Source: Octopus sinensis (taxonomy: Eukaryota). Taken from it: 64,000 nt of DNA. Location: the NCBI RefSeq assembly GCF_006345805.1, contig NC_042998.1, positions 190,774,001 through 190,838,000 of the forward strand, read 5' to 3'. The position numbers were made by a program, and so were the translations under genes. Within the stretch, counting starts at the first letter, position 1. Each line of letters begins with the position of its first letter. This document shows, one piece after another, positions 1 to 12,420 of the stretch. The notes under the pieces are model-generated. The model was given only the letters and a program-made list of their open reading frames with translations, did not search any database and was not told where the DNA came from.

Positions 1-1122
1 AATTTTCCAGGGTGATAGCCTATCTCCATTGATTTTTGTTCTCTGCATGACCACCCCTGAACTTGGTAATTAGGAAAATGAACCTGGGGTACTAACTGAA
101 GGAAAAATCCCAAACAATCAACCGCCTCATCTTTATGGATGATTTGAAACTGTATGGCAAGGATGTGACTCAAGTGAGTTCCTTGAACAGTCCACTGTTT
201 TAGTATTGATATTAGAATGGAATTTGAACTCAAGAAGTGCGGAATAATCTACCTAAAAAGAGGCAAGGTACAGTCTGTAGCAGGGATAGAAATACCGAAT
301 ATAGACTTTATTAAACACATCAAAACAGAAGGCTACAAATACCTTGGTGTACTAGAGTTCAACGAGATAATGGAGAAGGAAATGAAGGAGTAATTCAGGA
401 TGGAATATTTCCGAAGAGTAAGGTTGGTGTTGCGCTCAAAACTGACTGGAAGGAATAAAATACAAGCAGTTAATATGTGGGCGATAGCATCACTTCGGTA
501 TGTGAGAGGGGTGAAACGGTATGGCGCATCGTTTGCGAATGCCTGAAATTGGCGCACTGCGAATAGAAAAGACGCCATGACAATGTGACAAGAATGATCC
601 ATTCGGGGCTCTGTGGAAATCACGGCCTACAAAGAGCAAAGATGTGGTTTGAACGAACCCCAGAAGGAGTCACTGAGAATGAGAATTGGAAAATCAGGAC
701 ATCGGAAACCGGACATTGTTGTGGTGAATAAAAAGAAAGAACATGCATGATAATCGGCATAGCCTGTCCTGGTTACAACAGGATCAATGTGAAAGAAGAA
801 GAAAAAATAAACAACTATGACGATTTGAAGTGGGAAATACGAAGGTTGTGGTCAATGAAGAGAGTAGACGTGATACCAATAGTAACTAGTGCACTTGGGC
901 GTATCAACACTCAACTACCAACATGTCTGAAAAAGATTGGTGCAAGTGTGAAGGCAGAACACCTACAAAAAATCAGCATTGCTTGGAACAGCAAGAATTC
1001 TTTGCAGGATTCTTGAAGTATGAGCAGTAAACACGTGTCACATTAGTCTGCTGGCTGTGAACAACCGACACTTTCCATCATACCCAGCAAAATAAGCTGT
1101 GAGCTTTCATCACATGATAATA
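1..1122 (+). mobile_element. Decayed R4/Dong-clade non-LTR retrotransposon (RT C-terminus, CCHC knuckle, RLE endonuclease, 3' UTR); continues left of the window
   Basis: Manual translation gives NRLIFMDDLKLYGK (120-161, RT YxDD motif), YKYLGVLE (334-357), RIVCECLKLAHCE*KRRHDNV (knuckle remnant), HRKPDIVVVNKKK (~700-735) and ORF 747-1016 IIGIACP..KINNYDDLKWEIRRLW..VIPIVTSALG (RLE motifs). Stops and frameshifts are present. The motif order is that of R4/Dong elements. Confidence 0.9.
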
Positions 1123-1125
1123 TTT

Positions 1126-2045
1126 GTTATTATTACTGAGTGAGAGAGCAGTATACACCATCAAAGTGACACTGAGCTACAAAATATATAGAACCCGATA
1201 TACCTATCATGACTATTCGTCTCGTAAGGGTACACCAGGCATATGCCTTACAGCAATATTTATGCCACATGGTGATCTCATATCAAGATAAACAGCTCAC
1301 GACCTTGCAGGTGGGGTCCGGTTAAAATTTTCTTCGGGTCGAGTAACCCATTCCAGTCTAAAGTCCTTGAATAAGAGTTGTTTAAGAATGATGAACGAAG
1401 CACCAATATTTCCAGGAGAGATTTATTCAGACCCTAAATAATCCCTTTCAAAACATGGCTATGATACCCCACCAACTACTCCTGCTCGTGATCAGAGATG
1501 CACATATCGTTAGCCAATAAGGGCCTTAATCAACTGGTTAAGATCAAGTTACTGACAAGAAAATCTGTAGTATTGTGCAGAATATTTGCTGTAGCTCACC
1601 TTTTACACTGAGACAAAACATTCTCTCACTAAGTGATTGGCTGTAGATGGTGTTCATACCAGTTCTTAAGGGGCGGGATATAATAGTGACGGCATGTGCT
1701 CCAGTGCTAGTATTGGTCAACTCGATCAGGTCTGGTTTTATATTCTGGAAGAGCAAGGATTGAGCGACCGGAAACAATGTTGTCAATTCTTTGAAGTTTG
1801 TCATTGCAGAGTCTATGCTTTGTGTCTGCCCCATTGTGCAAGACATTAGCTTAATAGTTTCGGGTAAGGAGATTATGATCTTGTGTCACTAGGATAAAAT
1901 CTTATTTTGGCTTACAAACCGTTGCTCTACAGCCACTGATGGGTTCTTCTCATATCTATATCATCATCAGGGAGGTTAAGCTCTCATCTGTATTTATATA
2001 CCTCCTTCGAGAGTGAGTACTGTTTCATACCCCGTTCATGTCTTA
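1126..2045 (-). mobile_element. Second, different R4/Dong-clade element: post-RT linker and CCHC knuckle, internal deletion, ORF end and ~400-bp 3' UTR with (AAT) tail
   Basis: Minus-strand translation of ~1625-1960 gives THQWL*SNGL.. then DFILVTQDHNLLTRNY*ANVLHNGADTKHRLCNDKLQRIDNIVSGRSILALPEYKTRPDRVDQY*HWSTCRHYYIPPLKNWYEHHLQP, matching the R4-type QDQ..TRNY..CRLC..HIVSGC..RHD..HW..WYEH pattern. It then jumps to ATANILHN (GTAHILR-like ORF end, ~1570-1595). The 3' end reads CTCTCTCACTCAGTAATAATAA at ~1126-1148. Confidence 0.8.
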
Positions 2046-2149
2046 CCAGTTGTCTCATCGAGTCGATGTTACTTTGGATGTACATATGGAGTCTTATCGC
2101 AGAGGTTTTATTTATAATAAAAGTAAATTAAAAAAAATCATCATAGGAC

Positions 2150-2181
<32 letters not shown>

Positions 2182-2182
2182 G

Positions 2183-2430
2183 GTAAGCTGATAAAAGCAG
2201 GCAAAATCGTAAGATGTTCTGAGTTTAAACAATGCTTTATGATGTTACGGAAAACAATACTTCGTGGTATTTCTTCGGACATATTAAGTTCTGAGGTCAA
2301 ACACTGCCGAGGTCAACTTTGTCCCTGATCCATTCAGTTTCTATAAAGTAAGCACCACTTGATTATAGGATGCAATCGACTTATTCTCTCCCATAAAATT
2401 ACTGGCCTTCCGCCAAAATTTGTAACAAAT
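2183..2430 (+). mobile_element. Degraded tRNA-derived SINE, family A
   Basis: GTTCTGAGGTCAAACACTGCCGAGGTCAACTTTG...GCAATCGACTT...GGCCTTCCGCCAAAATTTG resembles the intact copies elsewhere in the window. It follows an (ATT)n run. Confidence 0.6.
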
Positions 2431-2691
2431 TTTATTCTTATTTTCATCTTGTTAATAAGAATTTCTATCGTGGGTATTATACGACAAGTTTTGAGAATTA
2501 AATTCATAGCAGAATATGACTAGTAACAATTTTAATCTAATCCTGAATCTTAATAAGCAAAAATCAGGCCTGGAAGTATTTCAAAGCCGAACGCAAAGGG
2601 ACTTAACTCAACATGGCAAAGTATCTTGCTTGATTGTCCTGCCACCTAGCGGAATTATCTGTTTGTCTGCCAATATCTCCCTCGCGGTCTC

Positions 2692-2734
<43 letters not shown>

Positions 2735-2902
2735 ATGATGATGATGATGATGATATACATACATACATACATACATACATACATACGTACACACACATAT
2801 AACCTTGCGTATGAATTCAATAATTATTAATGTATCCAATTATAACTCATTGTCACAGTCTCTATCTGTCTGTGTGTGTGTATATATATATGTATGTATA
2901 TA

Positions 2903-2948
<46 letters not shown>

Positions 2949-3597
2949 ATGTAGGAGGTATTTGTATGGATGTATGGATGAATGAATGGATACATGGGCA
3001 CATATTCATATACAAACACAGAATAGATACATAAATGAATAAATGGATAGCTCAATAATCGTACAGATAACTAAATGTTGAGTAAAGCTTATGTAGATAG
3101 ATAGAAAGATAGGCAGGTTTATAAAGTGAAAGGTAGATAGTTAAATCGACATACAGAGAATGGGTAGTTACATAGCTAAAACGGTAGGCAGGTAGATAAA
3201 GAGAGAAACAGACATGTAGTTATATATTAGTTGGTTGGTTGTTAAATAAATAGACAGATATATAGGTCGATAGATAAATTGATATACTGAAGAATAGATA
3301 AGTAGATATGCAAATAGACAGGTAGACAGATAGACAGACAGACATATAGATAGATAGATAGATAGATATGTTTCTTTATTAGCCACACAGGGCTGCACAC
3401 AGATAGAACAAATTACAAGGTAGAGCTTTTCTTTTGAAGGTATTAAAAAAAAAAAGAAAAAAGGAAGGGGGAGGTTCGATCAAAAGGGATCGTAAAAGGA
3501 GAGAAAGAGGACAAAAATAAGGGGGGTTAAAAAAAAAAAAAGGGGGGGGGAGAGGAAAAAAAAAAAAATGATCAATAGGGATCGTTATCACAGAAAT

Positions 3598-3598
3598 G

Positions 3599-3643
<45 letters not shown>

Positions 3644-3648
3644 GGATT

Positions 3649-3679
<31 letters not shown>

Positions 3680-3836
3680 GGATGAATGGATAGATAGATG
3701 GATGGATAGGTAGATGGATAGATAGATAGATAGGTAGATAGAAAGATAGATTGATAGGTAGATATATAGATAGATGGATAGATAGATGGATGGAAAGATA
3801 GATAGATAGATAGGTAGGTGGATAGATAGAGGGATT

Positions 3837-3869
<33 letters not shown>

Positions 3870-3957
3870 GTAGGTGGATAGATAGATAAATAGATTGATA
3901 GATAGATAGATAGATAGGTAGGTGGATAGATAGATGGATTGATAGATAGATAGATAA

Positions 3958-4035
<78 letters not shown>

Positions 4036-4045
4036 GGATTGATAG
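3598..4045. repeat. (ATAG)n/(GGAT) compound microsatellite
   Basis: Directly visible; source of the IYLS ORFs. Confidence 0.95.
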
Positions 4046-6229
4046 AAAAGTAGATGAATATGAAAAGACAATTTTTCAGAAACAGACATTCACACTTGTA
4101 CACAAACACATAAACCCACACATACACTGAAACAACCGCACACATATTTCCATAAAAGTCAACACTCGTACATATACACATATAGGCACGCAAACATATA
4201 TGCACGCAGAAATACATACACATGCAAAAGCACACAAGTACTCAAATAAACGCATGCAGGCATCATACAGACACACAGACACGCAAGGATACATACACAC
4301 TCTTATATCTAATACACCTTTGAAATGTTGTGATAGTTAAATCCTGTCAGTTTTGACACGTTGAAATCCGTGTGATTATGATGAAACGCATTGTATGATT
4401 TTTACTTAAACATTGATAATCACAGAAAACATACAAGGGGATTTTATCGACATCATGTATGACTTATAATTATAATAAATAGCATAAGCATATTTAGAAT
4501 CAAATATTTAGAATAAAATGAACATGTTTTCAAAAACACATTGTGTCGTTATTTCTGAAGTATGAAAAAGACGATTTAATGGAAATGATGACGATCTAAT
4601 GGAAATATTTTTAATAGTTGTGTCAAGGGTTATGGCAGTGTTCATAGCCATTTTCAGGTGGGATGAAGAGAGGAAGTTTTCTTGTGATCAAATGTTTGCA
4701 TCCATGTAGATTCAGTTAAGGGCAACAAGGGCTAGATAATAGTGTTAAACAGGGCAATGTGTTATATGTTGCCGGAGCAAACGAGGTAACTCCTAGGCGG
4801 TTATTCAATATGTTAGAAATGGCGGCCCAAACCCCTCAATATTTTTTTTTAAAAAAGAGGAAGGACACGTTGCAAACAAACTAGTCTTAGATATACAGAA
4901 TTACAAACAGGTCATGCCATGAAGATTTTTAAGTAGAGAGTGTGACCTAGGGCTAAAAACACAGCAGTAACATTATTGAAATGCAAATTTAAATGGTTTG
5001 ATCTGGATCTTAAACAACAGCATAAACAACATTTGATGAGATATAAACTTAAAATGTAGTTGATATTTGTAATTTTTTTCAGGTGTTTTAGAAATAAAAA
5101 TTTAAATATATTTATATTTGAATAAGTTTAAAGCTAAACATTAAAATGTTCAGCTGTCACGTGTTGCATAGCATGCTTATCGACTGGGAGAAGCCTACTT
5201 ATTAATCAGATCTAAATACATTGTTACTTAATAACATGGCGCTTAAAAAAAAAAGAGAACTAAGTGTGTCACTCACCCAAAATTATTACCGAAACTATTC
5301 GATGTAAAACTCTCCCATTGCCAACTCTTTTTACGTTTCTTCTTGGAATTGTTGTTTGTAGGAACACTAAAATAAACATGCATTACAGAGACATCGACGA
5401 GATGTCCAGTGTCGGAGACATCAGGAAATCAAATGGCTGCAATTACACCGGAAGCAGTTTCTCTAATCGGGTTTGCACGTGTATCTCTGTATGTAAGCAT
5501 GTGCATATAACAGAATGTTTATGTGGCTATTTACGACGATAAGCTTATACCTAAGTGTGTATTTGTAGGATGTATTAATGTGCTAGTAATTCAGATTATT
5601 TTGCTAATCGTTCAGTGAGGAGTTCAGTGATTGGTAACAAAATGAATGTATTTCTGTAGCGTGGAAAGCAGAATTAATCTTTGCTCTGGATAGTTTTATG
5701 GAAAAATATTCACAGCTCTTCGAGCATTAAAGATGCATTTACTGCTTCTAAGCCTGGGAAAAGAAGCAATACAAGCTTCGTATGTTTCAGATCTGAATTC
5801 TTCCCATGACTGATGATTAATGATAATTACTAATGAGTTTTGACAATACGCAACTTAACCGTATTATGTTATGCATGTTAAAAGAGATTTGAATAATTTT
5901 CTCTCTGTAAATTAATTTGAACATTATTATTTCCATTAGAAATTGATCCTTAGAATTATATCTCAATATCGTTTCTCTCTTTCCACACACACACACACAA
6001 AAAAAAAGAAATACAAGGAATTTTCCAAACTCCTTAATGCAATATCCGAGTAAATTGCCAAGTTCTTTTCCGATTAAATTACCAGCACAATAATAGAATC
6101 ATGCGATATAAAAGCCATAAAACCATATCAATATATTAATTAGGTGTTTGAATTATAAACCATGTTTGATTTTTTTTTTAATGAGAGGGCGAACAATTTA
6201 ATAAATACTATATGAAAGTTCCAGCACTT

Positions 6230-6257
6230 CTGATGAAGGGTTATCCCTGAAATGGTA
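6230..6257 (+). ncRNA. Hammerhead-ribozyme-like core; stem I not supported
   Basis: CTGATGA-AGGG-TTAT-CCCT-GAAA-TG-GTA: intact core, 4-bp stem II and GUA triplet, but the flanks (CACTT / GATTT) do not pair as stem I. Confidence 0.4.
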
Positions 6258-6439
6258 GATTTCTCTTCATCAAAGTAAAGCAACAAGCGAAAATAGTTAT
6301 GAAAGTTTTTGAAGTCAAAGCATAAAAGGACACAAATCAATGCTGGCTAAGTTTTATGCGGTGCAGTACTGTTTCCACCATCAAATGTAATTTCATATGC
6401 GTATGTATGTATATATGTGTGTGCGTATGCATGTATGTT

Positions 6440-6885
6440 CTATTCTGCTTTTAATTATTTAAATTCTTCCTCTGAGGAAGGAGCTGATTCTAATAAAGAT
6501 ACAAAGCTTCATCTTAGGAATGTAACAAAAACAATGTCACATTTTAAACTTGAGAAAAGTTTCGCATATTTTTACTGTTCCATTTCTGGATGTAGAAGCC
6601 GGTGGTTTCGGAGCAATTGTTCATAGCTTTCCTCTTTCTGTTTGAGTCTCAAAGAGATATTCACGACAGCAGGATAGCTAACTTCTATGACAGTACATAC
6701 TTTTCTTCTCTATCCCAAACAGCAATAACTAGCCTGTTATGTTTACACTAGATAGATGTTTTACTGGGAATGTTCCACTAGTATTCTTCGTGAATGCATT
6801 CTATAACACGGGGATTCTGTACATTTATTCCAGGACAGATTTTTTCCGAATGGCATTGTTTATTGCTTCTGCGACAATGTATGTA
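6440..6885 (-). mobile_element. Third R4/Dong-type fragment (RLE endonuclease C-terminus and 3' UTR)
   Basis: Minus translation gives IVAEAINNAIRKK, EY*WNIPSKTSI*CKHNRLVIAVWDREEK, VIEVSYPAVVNISLRLKQKEESYEQLLRNHRLLHPE, then a deletion to GTVKICETFLKFKM* (stop 6537-6539). The 5' truncation abuts a (TATG)n run. Confidence 0.8.
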
Positions 6886-9385
6886 TGTATGTATGTATTC
6901 ATGAAGTAATTTATTGGACGCCAAATTATCCTCAAGGAATTGTCATTACATGTTCACCTGTATTGAATTCACTCTATATTTGTGTATGAACCATCTGTAG
7001 TTTCCTCAAATTATTCTGCCTGACTTACATATTTATAATACAACACACTGAAATTAGTGAATGAATGGGTTTATAAGGTTAAACTCTCTAACTTAATCGA
7101 AATAGATATCATGTTGTTGCTTAATATTTATTGATTTCTCTTTATTTTTATGTTACGTTTATTATGATTATTCATCGAGCACCATCAATACATTCCCTCT
7201 AGAAGCCAACATTATCCTATTTTCGTGCTGAAGCACTTTATGAAGTGACTGACTTGATGTTTTTATACTTTAGCGAAAGTTTGCTCAACCAGTATTCTCT
7301 GAACTCGATAAAATAAGTAACCGTATGCTGTTGTTGAGCGAATATATATGGCGGCCTAAGATTTGATAAGTTCACAGGAAGTCAACACTAGAGGCATCTT
7401 GCAATTGGTCTTATCGATTTTGGTCTCGAATAAATATTGATTGAACGGAAATGTTTCTGGGTCGAAATGGTTTCGTGTGGATAGACTCACAAAGCAAGTA
7501 GGTCGAAATTTATCCTATTGGCTATGTCAAAGCTTTTTAAACTATCGACATTATAGTATCTTGTCAAGTTGGCCGTTCAGTGTCAGATATAGTACTCATT
7601 AAGAGGGGAGCAAAAGATTGTAATATCTCTCTTCACTTATATTCAAAATTTATTCGGCGGAAAATGGAGTGGAAGCTTAATGAAGTGAATTTTTAATTCC
7701 TGGTCCTGGATTCAAACTAAACCTACACGATATCCATTGGTCCCTTAATACTCAAAGTGTAGTGAATCCCACTCTTTCAAGTATTATGAGCTTAGAGTTA
7801 TCTCAAGCTAGTAATCTCATTAAATGAACCCATTTGAACCTGGTCAAATCACTGACGTATTACTACAACACTGAGTTGTAATTTCTCGTGGTACTATTAC
7901 AACCAGGAGGCTTCGATCACATAAAATTAATTGCCTTTGATCAAAACACACTGTTATAGGAATCAAACAGATATCTCTTCGGCTGGAAAGCTGCTATAAT
8001 AATAATATAGATAGTATACATATTTATATATGTATATAGATTGAAAATATGTGGAAAACATATAAAATGTGGAAGAGAAATATCTTCCTTTTCACATAAT
8101 TTAATATCTTTTTATAAACAAGTTTTAAAAAAAAAATATACGTATTTGATGGATGTCTTGATAGCTCCGGGGTCATAACAATGAAACGGAACCCCTAACA
8201 TAGGGATTGTGAGGCGATTTCCATTGTCACATAGCAATGTGTATCTATAAGTTATTTTATTTTAGTGTCAGCAAAACATCTTTTAAGCCCTTTTATTTTG
8301 AATAGGAGAATAGGAAAATATAGAGCAAACAATCAATTATGAAATATTCATATATATTTGCAATTATTGAAAACGTTCTACCCACGTTTTCAAAAATGTC
8401 AAGAAAAAAATATCCCCTAAAAACTGTGCTGATTCCTGACCGAACTATGTTAAAAAAAAAGCAAGCTGTTAAATATGAAGAGTTGTTTTTCTAGTTGCAA
8501 CGTATTATATTTAGAAATATTTCTCGTAAGTCGCTGCAAATACCCAGTCCGATTAAAATGAGTAAGGGTTGTTGTAAATGCCAGCTGCATTTAGATTGAA
8601 GATAAATGGACAAAAAATCCAACCTGCTGTGAAAATTAGCTACTTATGTACAATTTCGTGGAAAGCATCCCTGTTTGAAGAGTTTTCAAGATGACGTATG
8701 AAAATAGAAGACAAAATTGTGGCAAGGTGCCTTCCAATACCACATGGTGTTCTGGAATGAATGCTTTTCAAAAAACAATTTAATTAAAAGAGAAAAATAG
8801 AGAAAAAAAAATCAATGGCTAATTTTGGGCAAGTGTTATAATCAGTGTTGCCAAATATTTCTGTTCAATAATCTTTAGAAATGCACATAAAATAGTTATA
8901 ATGAATTTAAAGTATAACAGTTGATTAGCAGAATTGGCTAGGCACAACGCCAACTTTTATTGGAAAAGATAGTTTGATATATTGAATCAACTCAGTATAT
9001 TACTGGTAACTGTGCTATCGACCTAGGAACGATGAAAGAATTAGCTGATATCTACAGGATTTTAAGACGGAATATACAGGGACGTAACAAAATACCCTCA
9101 ATGGCATGTGCTTCTGTTTCTACCAAAACAGTGAAACAGCGAAAGTTAACTCTACTGAAATTCAAACAGTAATTAGCAATTTGAAAAGAATAACTTTCTG
9201 TAATTAAATAGAAAATTAAAAACTGTATCATAAGCTTTAATTTCTTTACTAATCATGTAAATTTTGTTGAAACCAACGAGTGAGCCTGATCATAATTAAT
9301 TCGACCCGATAAAAATATAGCTAAGTTTCTCTCAAATCATATATACATAAGTACGTACGTATGTATGCATTATGTATGTATGTAT

Positions 9386-9387
<2 letters not shown>

Positions 9388-9458
<71 letters not shown>

Positions 9459-9537
9459 AGAAGGAGAGAGAGAGAGAAAGAGAAGGAGAGAGAGAGAGAG
9501 AAAGAGAAGGAGAGAGAGAGAGAGAAAGAGAGAGAGA
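9388..9537. repeat. (AG)n microsatellite with higher-order GAGAGAGAGAAAGAGAAG units
   Basis: Directly visible. Confidence 0.95.
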
Positions 9538-9654
9538 CTAAAATTAAAAGTCATAAGATCACATCGACTTCTATGCATTTGTTTTGCTTCGGGACAGGAC
9601 AATTAATTCTAAACGTTACGTGTTTTACTCTAATTCACCAGAAATTCACCTCTC

Positions 9655-9782
9655 TCTTTTTTTTACTCTTTTACTTATTTCAGTCATTTGACTGCGGCCA
9701 TGTTGGAGCACCGCCCTTAGTCGAGCAAATGCACCCCCAGGACATATTCGTTGTAAGCCTAGTACTTATTCTATCGGTCTCT
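9655..9782 (-). mobile_element. SINE family B, 3' fragment
   Basis: TTTTACTCTTTTACTTATTTCAGTCATTTGACTGCGGCCATG..GAGCACC matches the tail of the copy at 34266-34638. Confidence 0.75.
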
Positions 9783-10019
9783 CACGCACGTATAAAATAT
9801 TCGTCATACAATAGACAGGTATTACATTGAAGTTCTCTGTGAGGATCTATTCACTTTTTTGATTTCTTATGACTGTAACTCCGAACGTTTGATGAGTGTG
9901 GACGTGTTCTTCGCCCACGAAACTTTCAGTGACGCAGAGCAGTGTCAGACTGTTATGAAATGCTAATAACACCAACTGTATCGAGATGCTTTTACTTTTT
10001 CATACACTCATGTGTTTGC

Positions 10020-10021
<2 letters not shown>

Positions 10022-10089
<68 letters not shown>

Positions 10090-10265
10090 GTAATTGTCAC
10101 ATATTACATTTACAAATAAATTCCTCTATTTACATAATATCGAGGTCTCTTTCTTTCTTTTGTTGTCTTACCATTTTTATCAATATATATATATATATAT
10201 ATTATATATATTATATATATATATATATATGATTGCTTCATCTTGAGAGATGATATATATATAAG

Positions 10266-10336
<71 letters not shown>

Positions 10337-10620
10337 ATGCGTGTGCGTATATGCATATATATATATGCGTATATATATATGTATATATGTATATATATAT
10401 ATGTATATATAATATATATATGTGTATATATATGTATATGTATATATATATATCTGTATATATATATAATATATATATGTGTGTATATGTATATGTATAT
10501 GTATATATATATATATGTATATATGTGTGTGTATTCATGTATTATGATGTGTGTATGTATGTGTACGTGCGTGCGTGACCGTACGTGCGCGCGTGTGTGT
10601 GCGTTTGTGCCTGCATTCAC
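10022..10620. repeat. (TA)n/(TG)n compound microsatellite field
   Basis: Directly visible. Confidence 0.95.
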
Positions 10621-11155
10621 TTATTAATATGTGCGATTAATAAAACTGAACGCGTCTTAATATATTGTTTCACGTCTTTCGGCTCACTTCTCATTTTTCC
10701 ATAACTTAGAATCTACATCCCCACATATTTTTCTAACACACTCTCTCTCTCTCTCTCTCTAACATATCGTCGTGCATATGAACGCTATCCTGGTAGCAAA
10801 TAATAAAAGATAGAATTATTTTTTTGACTCTTCCATAAGAATAAAATATATTAATATTGAGTATTCCACAGACTCTCTTTACATTTATAAAAAAAATCAT
10901 TATTGTGATCGATAGTAAACCGACAAATTATGAGATTAGATGAAGAAAGCCTCATGTGAGTGTCAGAGAAAAATGAGAGCGACTACTTCTATCTATTTGA
11001 CCTTTCCCTCACTGCCAATAATAAATAAGTAGTTTTGTATTCATCGGCTTATAGCATCCATCTTATTTTTCACTTCTCCTTTCCTATCTTCTTCTTACCT
11101 CCCTTTCCGCTTTTACTCTTTTTTTCTCTCTGATTTTATATTTTCGCACTTCCAG

Positions 11156-11335
11156 GATCATATAATGGTCTTTTCTTGCCGACTCTTTCCGAAATCACAC
11201 TTAGTAGATATAGGTTTGAAATTTAAAAGAGAAACATTCCGGAAGAAGTCATGGTTTTTGTATGTGTTGGTGGGAGATATTAGTAAAGAGGCTTATGTGG
11301 CTAGCAATATTGATCCGAGCCTGAAGGGAAGACGA
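11156..11335 (+). CDS. Candidate 180-nt phase 0-0 exon (DHIMVFSCRLFPKSHLVDIGLKFKRETFRKKSWFLYVLVGDISKEAYVASNIDPSLKGRR); no recognised family
   Basis: About 90-nt pyrimidine tract ending TTCCAG at 11155, donor CGA|GTATGC, length divisible by 3, and only frame 0 open. It could be a pseudo-exon. Confidence 0.22.
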
Positions 11336-11744
11336 GTATGCATTATATAAGATAAGATAATAGTGATTGGATCGACAGATCGCAGTTGTGATGGTGAAAG
11401 AAAAGAAAGAAAAGAAAGCAGGAAAGAACGAACAAAGCAATTTCTCATTTAACAAGGAACATTATACAAAGAAAATAATATTTTATTTAATCGTTATTGT
11501 TTCAAATGTATACGTACGTACATACATATGTCTGGTCTGTCTGTATGTATGTATGTACGTACGTGTGTGTGTGCATTTCTGTATGTATGTATCTATCTAT
11601 CTGAATGTATGCGTGTGGGCATACATATGGCATCTTTTTTACTTAAATGTGTTTGGTTCTTATACAGGCGATCCTGGGATTGGAGGTTGAGGTGTTAAGT
11701 TTGGAGTCGACAAAATATATTCCTGCATTTAAATATTTCATAGA

Positions 11745-11985
11745 GGATGTACACGCACATACACACACAGAAGCACACTTAGAAATATATGCACCCACAT
11801 ACACACACACGCGCACACACACACAAACACACCACACACACACACTCACACACACACAGACACACACACACACGCACACACACAGAGACAGACACGCACA
11901 CACATACACGCACACATACACACACACACACACATAAACACGCACACACAGACACACACACGAGCACACGAGCACACGGGCACTA
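11745..11985. repeat. (CA)n compound microsatellite
   Basis: Directly visible. Confidence 0.95.
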
Positions 11986-12279
11986 AAGAATCTGTAGACA
12001 GACGAAGTATAATCTCTGTTTAGGACTGTTCAGACAATAGAGCATCCGTCAGCTCGACATGGTTTTTAGTAATGGGATCAAAGTAAAGCTCTTCAATATG
12101 TCTGACTCAGTGTGTGATGACAGGACAACTTAAATGGTTTTATAATCATTTTTAACAAATTTTGTCCAAGTAGTAGTATAGACAATATATACTTCAACAT
12201 TCGAAAGTCGGCCGTTTGTAAAGAGGAGAAGACAATGGACAGAACAAGAAATAATCGATAAGTATTAAGCTGAAGTCGT

Positions 12280-12420
12280 GAAGGCGCGTGACCTAGCGGT
12301 TAGGAATGTTCAGCTCACGATCAAAAGGTTGTGGGTTCAGTTCCTTGAGTGGGTGTCATACTGCACTTTTGGGTAAAGCACTTCATTTTTCATTGTTCTG
12401 TTTGTACTCAATTGTAAAGA
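12280..12420 (+). mobile_element. Degraded tRNA-headed SINE, family C-like
   Basis: GGCGCGTGACCTAGCGGTTAGG..CAGCTCACGATC..GGTTGTGGGTTCAGTTCC has A- and B-box-like motifs, followed by a GGGTAAAGCACTT segment like the CTGAGCAAGACACTTT segment of 18335-18659. Confidence 0.5.

Noticed and set aside
3440-3570. Alternating poly-A and poly-G runs as a G-quadruplex element
   Set aside because: It looks like low-quality homopolymer sequence next to a microsatellite; probably a sequencing or assembly artefact.
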